DNA of 64,000 nucleotides from Candidatus Levyibacteriota bacterium. Its GTDB lineage: Bacteria; Patescibacteriota; Microgenomatia; Levybacterales; UBA12049. Positions 52,405 through 61,757 of the stretch are shown piece by piece. The first letter of the stretch is position 1, and the number at the start of each line of letters is the position of its first letter. The position numbers and the translations under genes are program-made. The stretch covers positions 80,689-144,688 of the forward strand of contig JACPLG010000008.1 of the NCBI GenBank assembly GCA_016186625.1, written 5' to 3'. The notes under the pieces are model-generated. The model did no database searches, was not told the origin of the DNA, and worked only from the letters and a program-made list of their open reading frames with translations.

Positions 52405-52806
52405 GTGTCTATGAAAGCCGTGAGACAAGAGCATTTTTCAGGATGTGCTGTTGCTTGTGTTGCATTTGTTTTACGAACAAACTATAAAAGCGCACTTAAG
52501 AGTTTTGATAAAGGTTCGGAAAGAGCCCGAATTCGTGGTTTTTATAGCCGCGAGATTATTGTTGCACTTGAAAGAAATGGGCTTAAATACGCTCTTAAAT
52601 ATGTGGGAAGAAAAAAGAATGATGATTACCCTAAAGGCACAATTGTCTTTACCAAGAGAGACTCAAAACGACCTTTCGGACATTATCTTTGCAAAACAGA
52701 AAAAGGATGGATGGATCCATGGATAAATTTCCCAAGACTGAGTGCTAAAGCCGGCTTTCGCAAACACCTCCCCGGAAAAGCAGTTTATGCAATAATAAAA
52801 CATTGA
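52405..52806 (+). CDS. Small peptidase C39-like (papain-fold) domain protein
   Basis: SGCAVACVAFVL (Cys) and FGHYLC...GWMDPW (His, Trp), in the order expected of C39-like peptidases. Confidence 0.45.
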   Translation: MSMKAVRQEHFSGCAVACVAFVLRTNYKSALKSFDKGSERARIRGFYSREIIVALERNGLKYALKYVGRKKNDDYPKGTIVFTKRDSKRPFGHYLCKTEKGWMDPWINFPRLSAKAGFRKHLPGKAVYAIIKH

Positions 52807-52823
52807 AATTTCCGCTCCTAGGT

Positions 52824-52866
52824 TTACACCCCGGGTGTGGATTTAGCTTTACACCCCAGGAGTTTG
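52824..52866. repeat. REP-2 copy downstream of C39-like gene
   Basis: TTTACACCCCGGGTGTGGATTTAGCTTTACACCCCAGGA. Confidence 0.65.
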
Positions 52867-52893
52867 TTAGAGTTGTTGAGAGTTGTTGGATCA

Positions 52894-54084
52894 TTACTTC
52901 CTGACAAAGAGGAGGGCGTTGGGGATTGCGCGGCCGGGCCCGACTTTATATCCTCCGCTCCAAAGAGCGGTTGAGCCGCCAGAGTCTAAGTTCAGGGCAT
53001 TTTGAATGCCCATTGCGTGTAAAACGCGTGCCATCTGTGCTGCGTTTACTCCGTGTACTACTCCGATGTAAGCAGTTGAACCGGTTGCTCCTGCAAAACT
53101 TCTGCTTCCTGCACCAGCCCGTTTTACTTCATCATCTCCTCCAAAAACCACATTCCCACCGGAGACAAGAAGTGGTTGATTTGCCAAAACGCTATCTACT
53201 CCAGTATCTCTTCCCCACCCAGAACTTGCTCCAATAAATCTCGCAGAATTTCCTGAGAAAATTACAGCCGGAACACTGCTATAAACATTGTTATCAGAAT
53301 TAAAATAAACCTTATTCTTATTCATAAGAAGAGTGTCAAATGAGTTAGCCTTACCCGCGCAGCTTGGGTATGAAGCCGGACAAAAATACGAACCGTTAAC
53401 TCCGGCAAATGCTCCGCTTCTTGCCACATAATCGCCCAGAGCAAGGACTGGACAATTGTCGCGGCAGTCCCCGTCTGATGCTGTATCCACAATTACTCTT
53501 GTTGAGGCAAGATCCGCTGCGACGACGTCAACTATAAATTCTCCAAAATCAGTTTTGACTTTTTGTCTTGAGTAACCGGAGCCAGGCACGGCATTACTCA
53601 CTGGAACGCTTGCTGAAGAAGCAGCAATATTTGAAGAGGTAGGCGTCTTTGGTGCTTCCTGATCGATCTTTAAACTAAGCTGGGAAAACTGGGCAGAGGC
53701 AGATGAATAGTTTCTTTTTGAGAGAAGACTAAGCGCATTTGCAAATGTTTTTTCGTAATCGGAAACATTCCTCTTTGCGTCTTTAGCATCTATTATTTTC
53801 TCATAAAGCAAAACCGCCTGGATATAAGTTTTTTCAATGTTGCTAATTGTTTCCTCAAGTTCTTTATTTTTTTTGTACTGATCTTCTGATTTAAGTTTTG
53901 TTAGCTCTTTTTCAATATTTTGGTTTGTGGTCTTTAGGTTCTTATTTTCTTTTTTTGTTTGGGCTGTTAGGGCGGTTAGGGATATTAGGGCTATTAGGGA
54001 TATCGCAAGTGCGAGCCCTGGAAGGCTGAGGTGTTTAGGGAGAATGGAAAGATTATTGAAATAAGACTTTATCCTGGGATTCAT
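52894..54084 (-). CDS. Phosphodiester glycosidase (NAGPA/DUF2233) family membrane protein
   Basis: NALNLDSGGSTALW (NAGPA signature), N-terminal TM, coiled-coil spacer. Confidence 0.6.
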   Translation of the reverse strand: MNPRIKSYFNNLSILPKHLSLPGLALAISLIALISLTALTAQTKKENKNLKTTNQNIEKELTKLKSEDQYKKNKELEETISNIEKTYIQAVLLYEKIIDAKDAKRNVSDYEKTFANALSLLSKRNYSSASAQFSQLSLKIDQEAPKTPTSSNIAASSASVPVSNAVPGSGYSRQKVKTDFGEFIVDVVAADLASTRVIVDTASDGDCRDNCPVLALGDYVARSGAFAGVNGSYFCPASYPSCAGKANSFDTLLMNKNKVYFNSDNNVYSSVPAVIFSGNSARFIGASSGWGRDTGVDSVLANQPLLVSGGNVVFGGDDEVKRAGAGSRSFAGATGSTAYIGVVHGVNAAQMARVLHAMGIQNALNLDSGGSTALWSGGYKVGPGRAIPNALLFVRK

Positions 54085-54404
54085 TTTTTGCTTTCTTCAA
54101 TATCTTTATGAAGCTGCCGTTTTAATTCTTCTGCTGTTTTTTTAATCTTATCTTCTATGTTGTCAACGCTTTTTGTAAGAAGTTTCCAGATTTTTTGTTG
54201 TTCATCTTCTGCCAGAAGCTTTAAAAATTCCTGTTTATCAATTTCAGTGAGCTCTGAAAGGACAACGTCTAGAATCGCATGGTGCAGATTGTCCTGCGCC
54301 AGTTCAATCAAGTGCTTCCTTTCTTCCTGGCTTAGATCCATGTCTGCCAAAGCAAGGCTAAGCGAAGAAGTTTCTATAACATGTGAATAAAAATGCGTTT
54401 TCAT
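54081..54404 (-). CDS. Hypothetical protein
   Basis: Start at the internal Met; coiled-coil-like; ATGA overlap with the downstream gene. Confidence 0.3.
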   Translation of the reverse strand: MKTHFYSHVIETSSLSLALADMDLSQEERKHLIELAQDNLHHAILDVVLSELTEIDKQEFLKLLAEDEQQKIWKLLTKSVDNIEDKIKKTAEELKRQLHKDIEESKK

Positions 54405-54441
54405 AAAATGAGAATTGTTCGATTGCTCGATTGTTTCATTG

Positions 54442-55311
54442 TTAAATTGGATCAACTGGTCCCAATGGTATAGTATCATTAGGATCGTCAATAAAAAAAT
54501 ATAGCACAGGTCCAACTCCCCCTCCGTCAACACGCTCCAAATATTTCATTACCTCAGGGGAGCCTCCCAAATGTTTTCCTGTCCACTCAGCCGGGCCTGC
54601 ATCCCCAATAACAGCAACCATTGCCCTGCCGTTTTGCGGATTTACAACAAGCATTTTTCGGAATTTAAAAAAATCCCGATACTGGGCAATCCTTTGATTG
54701 AACTGCGGAGCAAGAAAAGTTTGGACAGCAATATAATACTTCTCTTGTGCTACATCTTGTTGAGTCATGTTTGCCCTGGATGTGGTGAAATAACCCCACG
54801 CGCCAAGGCCGGGAGCCATACCGGATGAATAATAGGCTGAAGCTTCCTGCCTGTTACCGTCAAAATGGGAGGACATATTGTCACCCGGGTAGCGGGCTAG
54901 GTGCTGCTCTGCTCCTATTAAGCCATAACTTCTATTAAGTCGCAAGCCAGAAAGTTGGGCGCTTACCTTCATCCCATATTTTTTTGAAAGAATTTGGCCA
55001 ATCTCCTCTTCTTCCTGGGAAGTTAAGGGTCTTACTGTATTAGGCAGTATTGATGACAAATCTGAAATCACAAAGGCTCTATCAACAACTTCTTCTGAAA
55101 CTTGATTTTGGGGGACCTGGGCAGGCGTTGTACTTTTTTGAATAGGGGAAGTGAGTAACACCAAACTCCCAAGAGAGCCCACCGCCAGTTGTTTGGTATT
55201 TCGGCTTAGCCATTCAAAAGAGTTTTTATGTTTTTTAATGAGGGTTTTTTGAAGATTTTTGTGTTTTTTTACCCACCTCTGCCTGAGGAATTGGTAATTC
55301 TGAGACTGCAT
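54442..55311 (-). CDS. Membrane-anchored RlpA-like double-psi beta-barrel protein
   Basis: MLVVNPQNGRAMVAVIGDAGP...GSPEVMKYL resembles RlpA vrVtN.eNGksvvVrVnDRGP. Confidence 0.4.
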   Translation of the reverse strand: MQSQNYQFLRQRWVKKHKNLQKTLIKKHKNSFEWLSRNTKQLAVGSLGSLVLLTSPIQKSTTPAQVPQNQVSEEVVDRAFVISDLSSILPNTVRPLTSQEEEEIGQILSKKYGMKVSAQLSGLRLNRSYGLIGAEQHLARYPGDNMSSHFDGNRQEASAYYSSGMAPGLGAWGYFTTSRANMTQQDVAQEKYYIAVQTFLAPQFNQRIAQYRDFFKFRKMLVVNPQNGRAMVAVIGDAGPAEWTGKHLGGSPEVMKYLERVDGGGVGPVLYFFIDDPNDTIPLGPVDPI

Positions 55312-55435
55312 ACAAAAATTGTAACAAAAAAAAGACTAGTCAAGCAATTTTTGTGTATAATTGCATGGTTGTCCCGTTAGATATTTAGCGGGCTAAATTA
55401 AGAATGATTTGTGATAATAACAAGATATCTAACGG

Positions 55436-55570
55436 GATGAAAGAGAAAATGTTTGAAATCGTTTTGTTTTTAGTGGGTCTTGCTGGTCTTTTAATTCTTT
55501 TTACATTGCTTTACGCCGGGCCAAGATTTATTTTTAATAAGGTTTTAGATATCCTTAACATAACCTTATG
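55436..55570 (+). CDS. 44-aa membrane peptide translationally coupled (ATGA) to the next gene
   Basis: MKEKMFEIVLFLVGLAGLLILFTLLYAGPRFIFNKVLDILNITL. Confidence 0.25.
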
Positions 55571-56026
55571 AAGTTTAAATTTATTATAGCTGTGGCTCTT
55601 ATCGTATTGGCAGTCGCGGCGATTATTTTAAACAAAGAAAAGAATAATAAATCTTTAGTTGATTCAACCAAATCTCATCAGGATTTAAAAAAATCTGAGA
55701 GCTTTTCTATAGTTCTTAATGAGCAAAACGCTTCTGGTCAAAGTGGACTTGCAACCATTGAAGCAAAAAATGATGTAATTGAGGTAAGAATTCTATCAGT
55801 CGGGTTTTCTCCAAACATTAATCAAGGATCAAATATTCACTCAGGCAGTTGTCAAAATGTGGGAAAAGAAATATATAAATTAGTTCCCGTGGCTAATGGC
55901 AAATCAGAAACAGTTATTATTGCTACGTGGAAAGAGTTTGAGGATCAGCTTCCGCTTGTTCTAGTTATTAATAGTCCAGAAGAATTACCAAGCATTTCCT
56001 CATGCGGTGAAATCAGTATTCAATAA
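55568..56026 (+). CDS. Secreted CHRD-like domain protein
   Basis: Signal/TM; SGQSGLATIE...NIHSGSC pattern reminiscent of the CHRD AHIH.G motif. Confidence 0.3.
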   Translation: MKFKFIIAVALIVLAVAAIILNKEKNNKSLVDSTKSHQDLKKSESFSIVLNEQNASGQSGLATIEAKNDVIEVRILSVGFSPNINQGSNIHSGSCQNVGKEIYKLVPVANGKSETVIIATWKEFEDQLPLVLVINSPEELPSISSCGEISIQ

Positions 56027-56110
56027 AAACCCACTCTCTCATAAAACGATCTTTAAATCATTAGTAGAAAGAGTGGGATAATAATAACTGCGTAAATAAG
56101 CCTAACAGGT

Positions 56111-56341
56111 TTATCTTTTGGACATTTTTGTCCAAGCGTCATAGCCGAGCCAAAGCCCTGATGCTCCTACTAATACGTATACCAACCATTCAACTTGTGG
56201 CCACGCGCCAAGAACCAAATTTACAACGTTCCAGTTAGCTCCTAAGAATCCTCCAAGTCCAACAAGTCCCCAGTTGACGGCTCCTACTACAACAAGAAAT
56301 GTCGCAGATGTTTCTACCCATTTCATGCTTTGTGCGTTCAA
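56111..56341 (-). CDS. DUF378-family small membrane protein
   Basis: VGAVNWGLVGL...GYDAW typical of DUF378. Confidence 0.55.
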   Translation of the reverse strand: MNAQSMKWVETSATFLVVVGAVNWGLVGLGGFLGANWNVVNLVLGAWPQVEWLVYVLVGASGLWLGYDAWTKMSKR

Positions 56342-56397
56342 ATTATTTCACCCCCTTTCGCCCTATATATCTAGTTATGCATATCCCAAAAATTCTG

Positions 56398-57972
56398 TCA
56401 AGAGCCTATATTTAGTGTGAAGCCAAGAGGCTTAACGCTATTCCACTTCTCTTTGGTTATCTCTTTAAGTGTTGAGTTTTTTATTAAGAGACAGGATGGG
56501 TTTCCATTTATCGAGAGTCTCTCATAGTTTTGTTCAATTTCTAGCAAATATGCTCTATGTTTTTTGTTCTGCCCAAAACAGGCATCAAAGTAAAAATCAG
56601 GCGGCTTGCTTTCAAACATAAGCAATCTATCTTCTTTAAATCTATCAATTAATGGCATATGGGCTGTGTACCACGTATGCTGATATGCGGAGGGCCTATT
56701 TGCAATCCAATAAATTAAGTCATCTCTTTCTTCAACAAATATTGTGTCATTTTCTTTTGATAATAACTTAATAGCACTACCGTACGTAAATTCCTGGGCA
56801 TAATTAGTATTAAATTCCGAAACACGGTCAATCTTTTCCCAAATAAAAAAACTAGGAGAGATAAAAATAAAAATTGCCATAACAAAAAAAGGCATCAAAA
56901 AATTGAATCTGAGCTTTTTATTCCAAGCGTTAAATAATTCAAAAACGATTAGAAAAGTAACAAAGATAAAAAGGCCATACCAAACATTCATATGGTATGC
57001 CTCATAAAACATTTTCCCAGGCACCGTTGGTCTAATATTTGAAATTGCTAGAATTATAAACATAATAATAAATCCAACCCTTTTTAATTTAAAAGAATAA
57101 AAGATACCGGCCGATAGAAAAACGGCACTGAAGAAAATTAAAATTTGCCTTAGTAAATTATTTTCACCTTCAGTAAAAATACGAAGAGGATATGAGAGGG
57201 TATTTAAAATTCCCAGGCCATAAACATTATTTCCCCTCAGCTCTTGTCCGATTATTTCTTTATTATAAAAATAGACATTTAATAAGAAATCCTTAACGGA
57301 AACAGTCAGTATTGATACGAGCGAAAGCGTTACAAAAATTGCCAAGGAATAAGCTTTCTTTTTTAAGTCTTTTCTGCCAACAAGGACCATTAGTAACAAG
57401 ATTATAGAAAGAGGCGCATACGGCTCTCGTATTGCCGCACAAAACCAGCCAAATACTCCAGCTAGTATATAGTCAAGCTTAGATAATTCTCTTTCGTTTA
57501 CTTTCTCCCAAACTATACCCACCAAATACATTAAAGGGTATATTATGAAACTTTCTCCTAAGAAATGGTCGCCAAAAACGTAAAATTTTGTTGCCTCAAA
57601 AAAAATTAATGCCAAAGCAGCTTTAATCCTAAATCTTAAAATGAGTAGAATTCCAAATGCAAAAGAAAATAAAAATAGAAAAATTTTGTGTATAAGAATT
57701 AAAGAATAAATTGTGCTCGGCTGGGAAATTTTTTGAATTAAAAAACTAATAAACGGAAGCAGAAAACTGTGGTTAAAGAAAAAATCTACATAGATTTCCT
57801 TGCCATTTAGTAAGAAATACCCTCCCATGTAGTTAAAACAATCATCAAAACAACCAAAAGCCGCTAAGCGCTGATAATAAAAATAAGTGAAGAAAAGAAA
57901 AACTCCGCAGTATGCTATAAATGCCGTTAGGAGAGTCTTGTTGTCTAAAACAATTTTTTTAAGCCTATCCAC
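56398..57972 (-). CDS. Polytopic membrane protein (possible GT-C-type glycosyltransferase)
   Basis: More than 12 TM segments and a C-terminal soluble domain; family assignment uncertain. Confidence 0.35.
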   Translation of the reverse strand: MDRLKKIVLDNKTLLTAFIAYCGVFLFFTYFYYQRLAAFGCFDDCFNYMGGYFLLNGKEIYVDFFFNHSFLLPFISFLIQKISQPSTIYSLILIHKIFLFLFSFAFGILLILRFRIKAALALIFFEATKFYVFGDHFLGESFIIYPLMYLVGIVWEKVNERELSKLDYILAGVFGWFCAAIREPYAPLSIILLLMVLVGRKDLKKKAYSLAIFVTLSLVSILTVSVKDFLLNVYFYNKEIIGQELRGNNVYGLGILNTLSYPLRIFTEGENNLLRQILIFFSAVFLSAGIFYSFKLKRVGFIIMFIILAISNIRPTVPGKMFYEAYHMNVWYGLFIFVTFLIVFELFNAWNKKLRFNFLMPFFVMAIFIFISPSFFIWEKIDRVSEFNTNYAQEFTYGSAIKLLSKENDTIFVEERDDLIYWIANRPSAYQHTWYTAHMPLIDRFKEDRLLMFESKPPDFYFDACFGQNKKHRAYLLEIEQNYERLSINGNPSCLLIKNSTLKEITKEKWNSVKPLGFTLNIGS

Positions 57973-58084
57973 TTATTCATTATAATACTTTTAAGTTTTT
58001 TAAAAACTGATCTATTTTGAGCATTTGTATTCTACTTTTGTTCTATTGATATTCGTAAAAATTTCTCATATATTGGTTAGGTAT

Positions 58085-58200
58085 GCCCTTTACTGCTCAG
58101 AATACATTTTTCGCCTCGTTCTCTTCGATTCCACTCAGGGTAAACAGGGTAAATCTTGTTCGTATACTCAGAAAAATCTTCAAAATGTATATGTTCTGGT
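58085..58200. repeat. MITE-like repeat copy upstream of dinB
   Basis: cgattccactcagggtaaacagggtaaa shares CTCAGGGTAAAC with the element at tRNA-Gly. Confidence 0.3.
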
Positions 58201-58216
58201 TTTTGGCTTAAAGTAG

Positions 58217-58239
58217 CTTCCCACATGGAAAGTGGGAAG
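58217..58239. repeat. REP-1 copy
   Basis: CTTCCCACATGGAAAGTGGGAAG perfect palindrome. Confidence 0.7.
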
Positions 58240-58253
58240 CAAGTTCTTATTAT

Positions 58254-59528
58254 TTGTTTATGAAACGAGTGATTCTTCATATTGACTTCGATTCGTATTT
58301 TGCATCTTGCGAACAGCAGTTTGACCCAACGCTGCGAGGCAAACCGATTGGAGTTACCGCAACAAACGGCAGGACTTGTATTATTGCCGCAAGTAGAGAA
58401 GCTAAAAAGCTTGGAATTCCCAGCGTTTCAAGAGTTTGGGAGGCGCGGAAGGTTTGCCCGCAGCTAATTACAGTTGGGGCTCATTTTGAAAAATATTGGG
58501 AAATAACCAAGCTTTTCTTAAATATTTGCAAAGATTACTCCCCTTATGTTGAGCTATTTTCACTGGATGAAGTATTTATTGACATAACTGGGACAGAAAA
58601 TTTGTTCGGCGGAAGATATAAGATTGTTGGGACAATAAAAAGCAGAGTGGAAAAAGAAATTGGTGAATATATTACTGTTTCAGTCGGACTTTCTTACAAC
58701 AGACTTCTTGCCAAACTTGCTTCAGGACTGAATAAACCTAATGGTTTCGTTGAGATTGGCCCAACGGACGTTGAGAAAGTTTATTCAAAAATAAAATTAA
58801 CAGATTTTTGTGGGATTGGGGCTCGTATTGAGCGGCGCTTAAACAAGATTGGTATTTATACTCCTTTACAGCTTCGTGCCGCCTCTTTGGAAGTTTTGAT
58901 TGCCGAATTTAAAGACGTTGAAGGTCATTTTTTGAAAAAATTAGGTTTGGCCCAAGATGATTCGGAAGTTATCCCCTATTATTTAGGAGGAGAAACCAAG
59001 TCTGTAGGTAGAAGTTATTGTCTTCCAAAGAACGAATATGATCAAAGGGTAATTTTACAAAACATATATGAACTTTGCGAAGAAATAGGGATAAAGCTTC
59101 GCCGGCTAAACAAAAAAGCAAAAACCATTGGGCTGTATTTGGGAGGAGGACAAAATCATCACGGTAGAAAAACGGTAACCGATTATATTGACTGGGGTTC
59201 TGATATTTTTGGTTTGTGCAAGGCTTTATATAACGAATGGGAGTTTGAAAAACTATCTCGCGAGGAAGGAATGGTAAGGCAAATCAGTGTTTGGGCCGGA
59301 AATTTAGAAGACGGTTCGAACCTAACCCTATTGCTTTTTGATCAGCCCAAAAGTTCAAAACTCCAAAAAGCAGTAGATCAAATAAATGAAAGATTTGGGG
59401 ATCACACAATTAGAAATGGTTTTGTTCACAACTGCCCAAATCTTAAGACTGTACCCAATGGCTATATGGCAGATAAATTTGAAAGACAAAAATTAGCGAA
59501 GGAGTTCAGAGACTACATACAAAATTAG
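58254..59528 (+). CDS. dinB: Y-family DNA polymerase IV
   Basis: ILHIDFDSYFASCE (Y-family motif I), SVGLSYNRLLAKLAS, HhH region. Confidence 0.85.
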   Translation: MFMKRVILHIDFDSYFASCEQQFDPTLRGKPIGVTATNGRTCIIAASREAKKLGIPSVSRVWEARKVCPQLITVGAHFEKYWEITKLFLNICKDYSPYVELFSLDEVFIDITGTENLFGGRYKIVGTIKSRVEKEIGEYITVSVGLSYNRLLAKLASGLNKPNGFVEIGPTDVEKVYSKIKLTDFCGIGARIERRLNKIGIYTPLQLRAASLEVLIAEFKDVEGHFLKKLGLAQDDSEVIPYYLGGETKSVGRSYCLPKNEYDQRVILQNIYELCEEIGIKLRRLNKKAKTIGLYLGGGQNHHGRKTVTDYIDWGSDIFGLCKALYNEWEFEKLSREEGMVRQISVWAGNLEDGSNLTLLLFDQPKSSKLQKAVDQINERFGDHTIRNGFVHNCPNLKTVPNGYMADKFERQKLAKEFRDYIQN

Positions 59529-60315
59529 CCTCTTTTATAATTTCTTCAATTTTATTTTTAGGAATATTTATTTGATTTAAAAAATTTGGATTTTCGCAGA
59601 TTTGCTTGATGAGGACTACATCTCTTGAGAGGAGTTCCTGTTTTTGAGTTAGTGATAGATATGAAAGCTGGGTTATAGGATATAATTTGTATTTCTCAAT
59701 GAGCTCTCTTAGGCTTGAGTCTTCCGGATAAGTCCAGCTTATCACATCAATTCCTTCACAAAGTGCGTAGGAGAGGGCATCTGAGGTAATTTTAGTATTT
59801 GTGACAAGAAGCGCTTTTGAAAAGTTGTGCTTTTGCCTGATGTCATCAAATCTTGCTTTCGTATACAAAGAAACATGTATTTGGGATTTAATCCCAGGTC
59901 TGTTATGAAATTTACACTCGACAAATATTTTTTTATCTTTTGATTTTGCAACTATATCTATTTCATGGTTTACACATTTGCCAACAAGAAATGTACCGAT
60001 CTCTGTTTGAAATCCCTGGGCTTTTAAAATCTGGGCAACGTAAACTTCAAAAGGAAAACCAGTGGGACCAAGTTGCATAATTGAGCTTTTAAGGGAATAT
60101 TTAGTTCTGACATAGGGTTCATTGTTTTCCTCCAAAAATTCCTCAATATGACGATAGATCTCATAGGTTGGGATGTTGTCGTAAATGCGTTTTTTTATAT
60201 GCTCTAGGACAAGACTATGCAGCCTTGAAGGAACACCTGCTCTTCTAATTGATGAGAGCAGTTTTTCTTCTGAAAAATCCTCGCTCGTCCCATCCGCTTT
60301 AATTACCTGGAGCAT
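59506..60315 (-). CDS. ATP-cone domain fused to Mrr-like restriction-endonuclease (PD-(D/E)xK) domain
   Basis: N-terminal MLQVIKADGTSEDFSEEKLLSSIRRAG (ATP-cone), then FEVYVAQILKAQGF...DIVAKSKDKKIFVECKF. Confidence 0.55.
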   Translation of the reverse strand: MLQVIKADGTSEDFSEEKLLSSIRRAGVPSRLHSLVLEHIKKRIYDNIPTYEIYRHIEEFLEENNEPYVRTKYSLKSSIMQLGPTGFPFEVYVAQILKAQGFQTEIGTFLVGKCVNHEIDIVAKSKDKKIFVECKFHNRPGIKSQIHVSLYTKARFDDIRQKHNFSKALLVTNTKITSDALSYALCEGIDVISWTYPEDSSLRELIEKYKLYPITQLSYLSLTQKQELLSRDVVLIKQICENPNFLNQINIPKNKIEEIIKEANFVCSL

Positions 60316-60329
60316 ATAACTATATTAAT

Positions 60330-61757
60330 CTAACGGTTAATTCTTTTAAATACATAAAAGCCTCCTGACTTAAAAATCGGTATAAAGTCAGGATCAGATT
60401 TAATTTTTTCAAAAGCAGCCTTCTCACCGCTATTCATAGACCTACTTGTCAGAAAAATTGCTTTATCTGCAATATCCAGTCCCCTTGGGATAACATAAAC
60501 ATGGCGTCTTTGAGAAAGCTGAGCCCCAATATTATTTGTGGCTGCAATCTTTTCATCGGGAGTAAGCAATGAAATGTAGCTATAAATTTCCATTTTCTCA
60601 GGAAGCGCTCTTTTGTAGGTTTTAAGGCTTGGATGACGGGAATAAGGAAGAGGTCCATAGTCATAAGCGGAAATGATTGAGAAAATAATAATCATTGCTC
60701 CAAACGCGTTGTATGAAATCTGAGGAATTTTTGATTTTAGAAATTTAATTCCAAATATTGCGGAGATAAAAATAAAAGGAGTGATAGCTGCTGAGTATTG
60801 GTAATAAATCTGGTGAAGCGGATTACTCGCGCTTAAAAGATTAATTACAAGGTCTGGCCCGGCAAAAATTAAAAATAGCGGAGCAAAAAATGAAAGATAT
60901 CCAAGAGGAATAAATAGCTGTTTTATAAATAAAATTCTGTCGGGCATAAGAAGAGTTTTAATCGTTTTTTGCGGTTCAAGAAAAATGTTTGCAGCAATCT
61001 CAAGCGGAGAATCTCCAAAGCTTGAGTAATAAGGAATTGCAAAATGTTGTTTTCCTAAATTCTGAGGCATCAAATGCCAGATTAATAGGTAAAAAATAAA
61101 GAAAGAAGAAAGAGTAATAAATGTTCCAAGCATTTTCTTTTTGTGGGCAAAAAACAAATAGATTCCAACAAGTCCGGTTATAAGCCAAATTTGCTCTTTG
61201 GTAATCGCGGCAAGAATTAGAAAAATAAGCATGGATCTCCAGTTTTTTTTAAACATAAAATAAAAAGCGCACAGAAAAAATGTTGTCGCAAGAGTTACAG
61301 AATGAAAATCAAAAAGGTTTGTAAAGTGGACGGCAGGGCTTAAAAAATAAGAAAGCGCAAAAACCAAAGATATGTTTTTATTTTTCAAAACATGGTTTGA
61401 TATTAAATATACAAATAATCCACCGAATGAGAGAACTATTGTTTGAATTAATAAAAGAGTACGCGGGTCTTCCCAAATTAAGTAAAAAGGAGCAAATAAG
61501 ACAAGTATAAAATCCGAATGGAAGGCAAGCCGGGATACTTCCCGCGTTGCATTTGGATCTGTGAGCATAAAAATATTTCCGTGGGCGCTGTTCCATACGG
61601 TCTGCACCATATTGCCGAGGTCAAACTTGCCGGCGTAGAAGTTCTCGTATCGAAGAAACGTTGCATACGTAAAATAGCTCAAATAGCTAATTGTCAGAAT
61701 AGCTAAAATTATTTCGTGGGCGTATTTTTTTAGATTTTTCGGTAAGACTTTTCCCAT
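60330..61757 (-). CDS. DUF2079-family polytopic membrane protein
   Basis: RYENFYAGKFDLGNMVQTVWN (hallmark FDLG..Q..WN). Confidence 0.55.
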   Translation of the reverse strand: MGKVLPKNLKKYAHEIILAILTISYLSYFTYATFLRYENFYAGKFDLGNMVQTVWNSAHGNIFMLTDPNATREVSRLAFHSDFILVLFAPFYLIWEDPRTLLLIQTIVLSFGGLFVYLISNHVLKNKNISLVFALSYFLSPAVHFTNLFDFHSVTLATTFFLCAFYFMFKKNWRSMLIFLILAAITKEQIWLITGLVGIYLFFAHKKKMLGTFITLSSFFIFYLLIWHLMPQNLGKQHFAIPYYSSFGDSPLEIAANIFLEPQKTIKTLLMPDRILFIKQLFIPLGYLSFFAPLFLIFAGPDLVINLLSASNPLHQIYYQYSAAITPFIFISAIFGIKFLKSKIPQISYNAFGAMIIIFSIISAYDYGPLPYSRHPSLKTYKRALPEKMEIYSYISLLTPDEKIAATNNIGAQLSQRRHVYVIPRGLDIADKAIFLTSRSMNSGEKAAFEKIKSDPDFIPIFKSGGFYVFKRINR

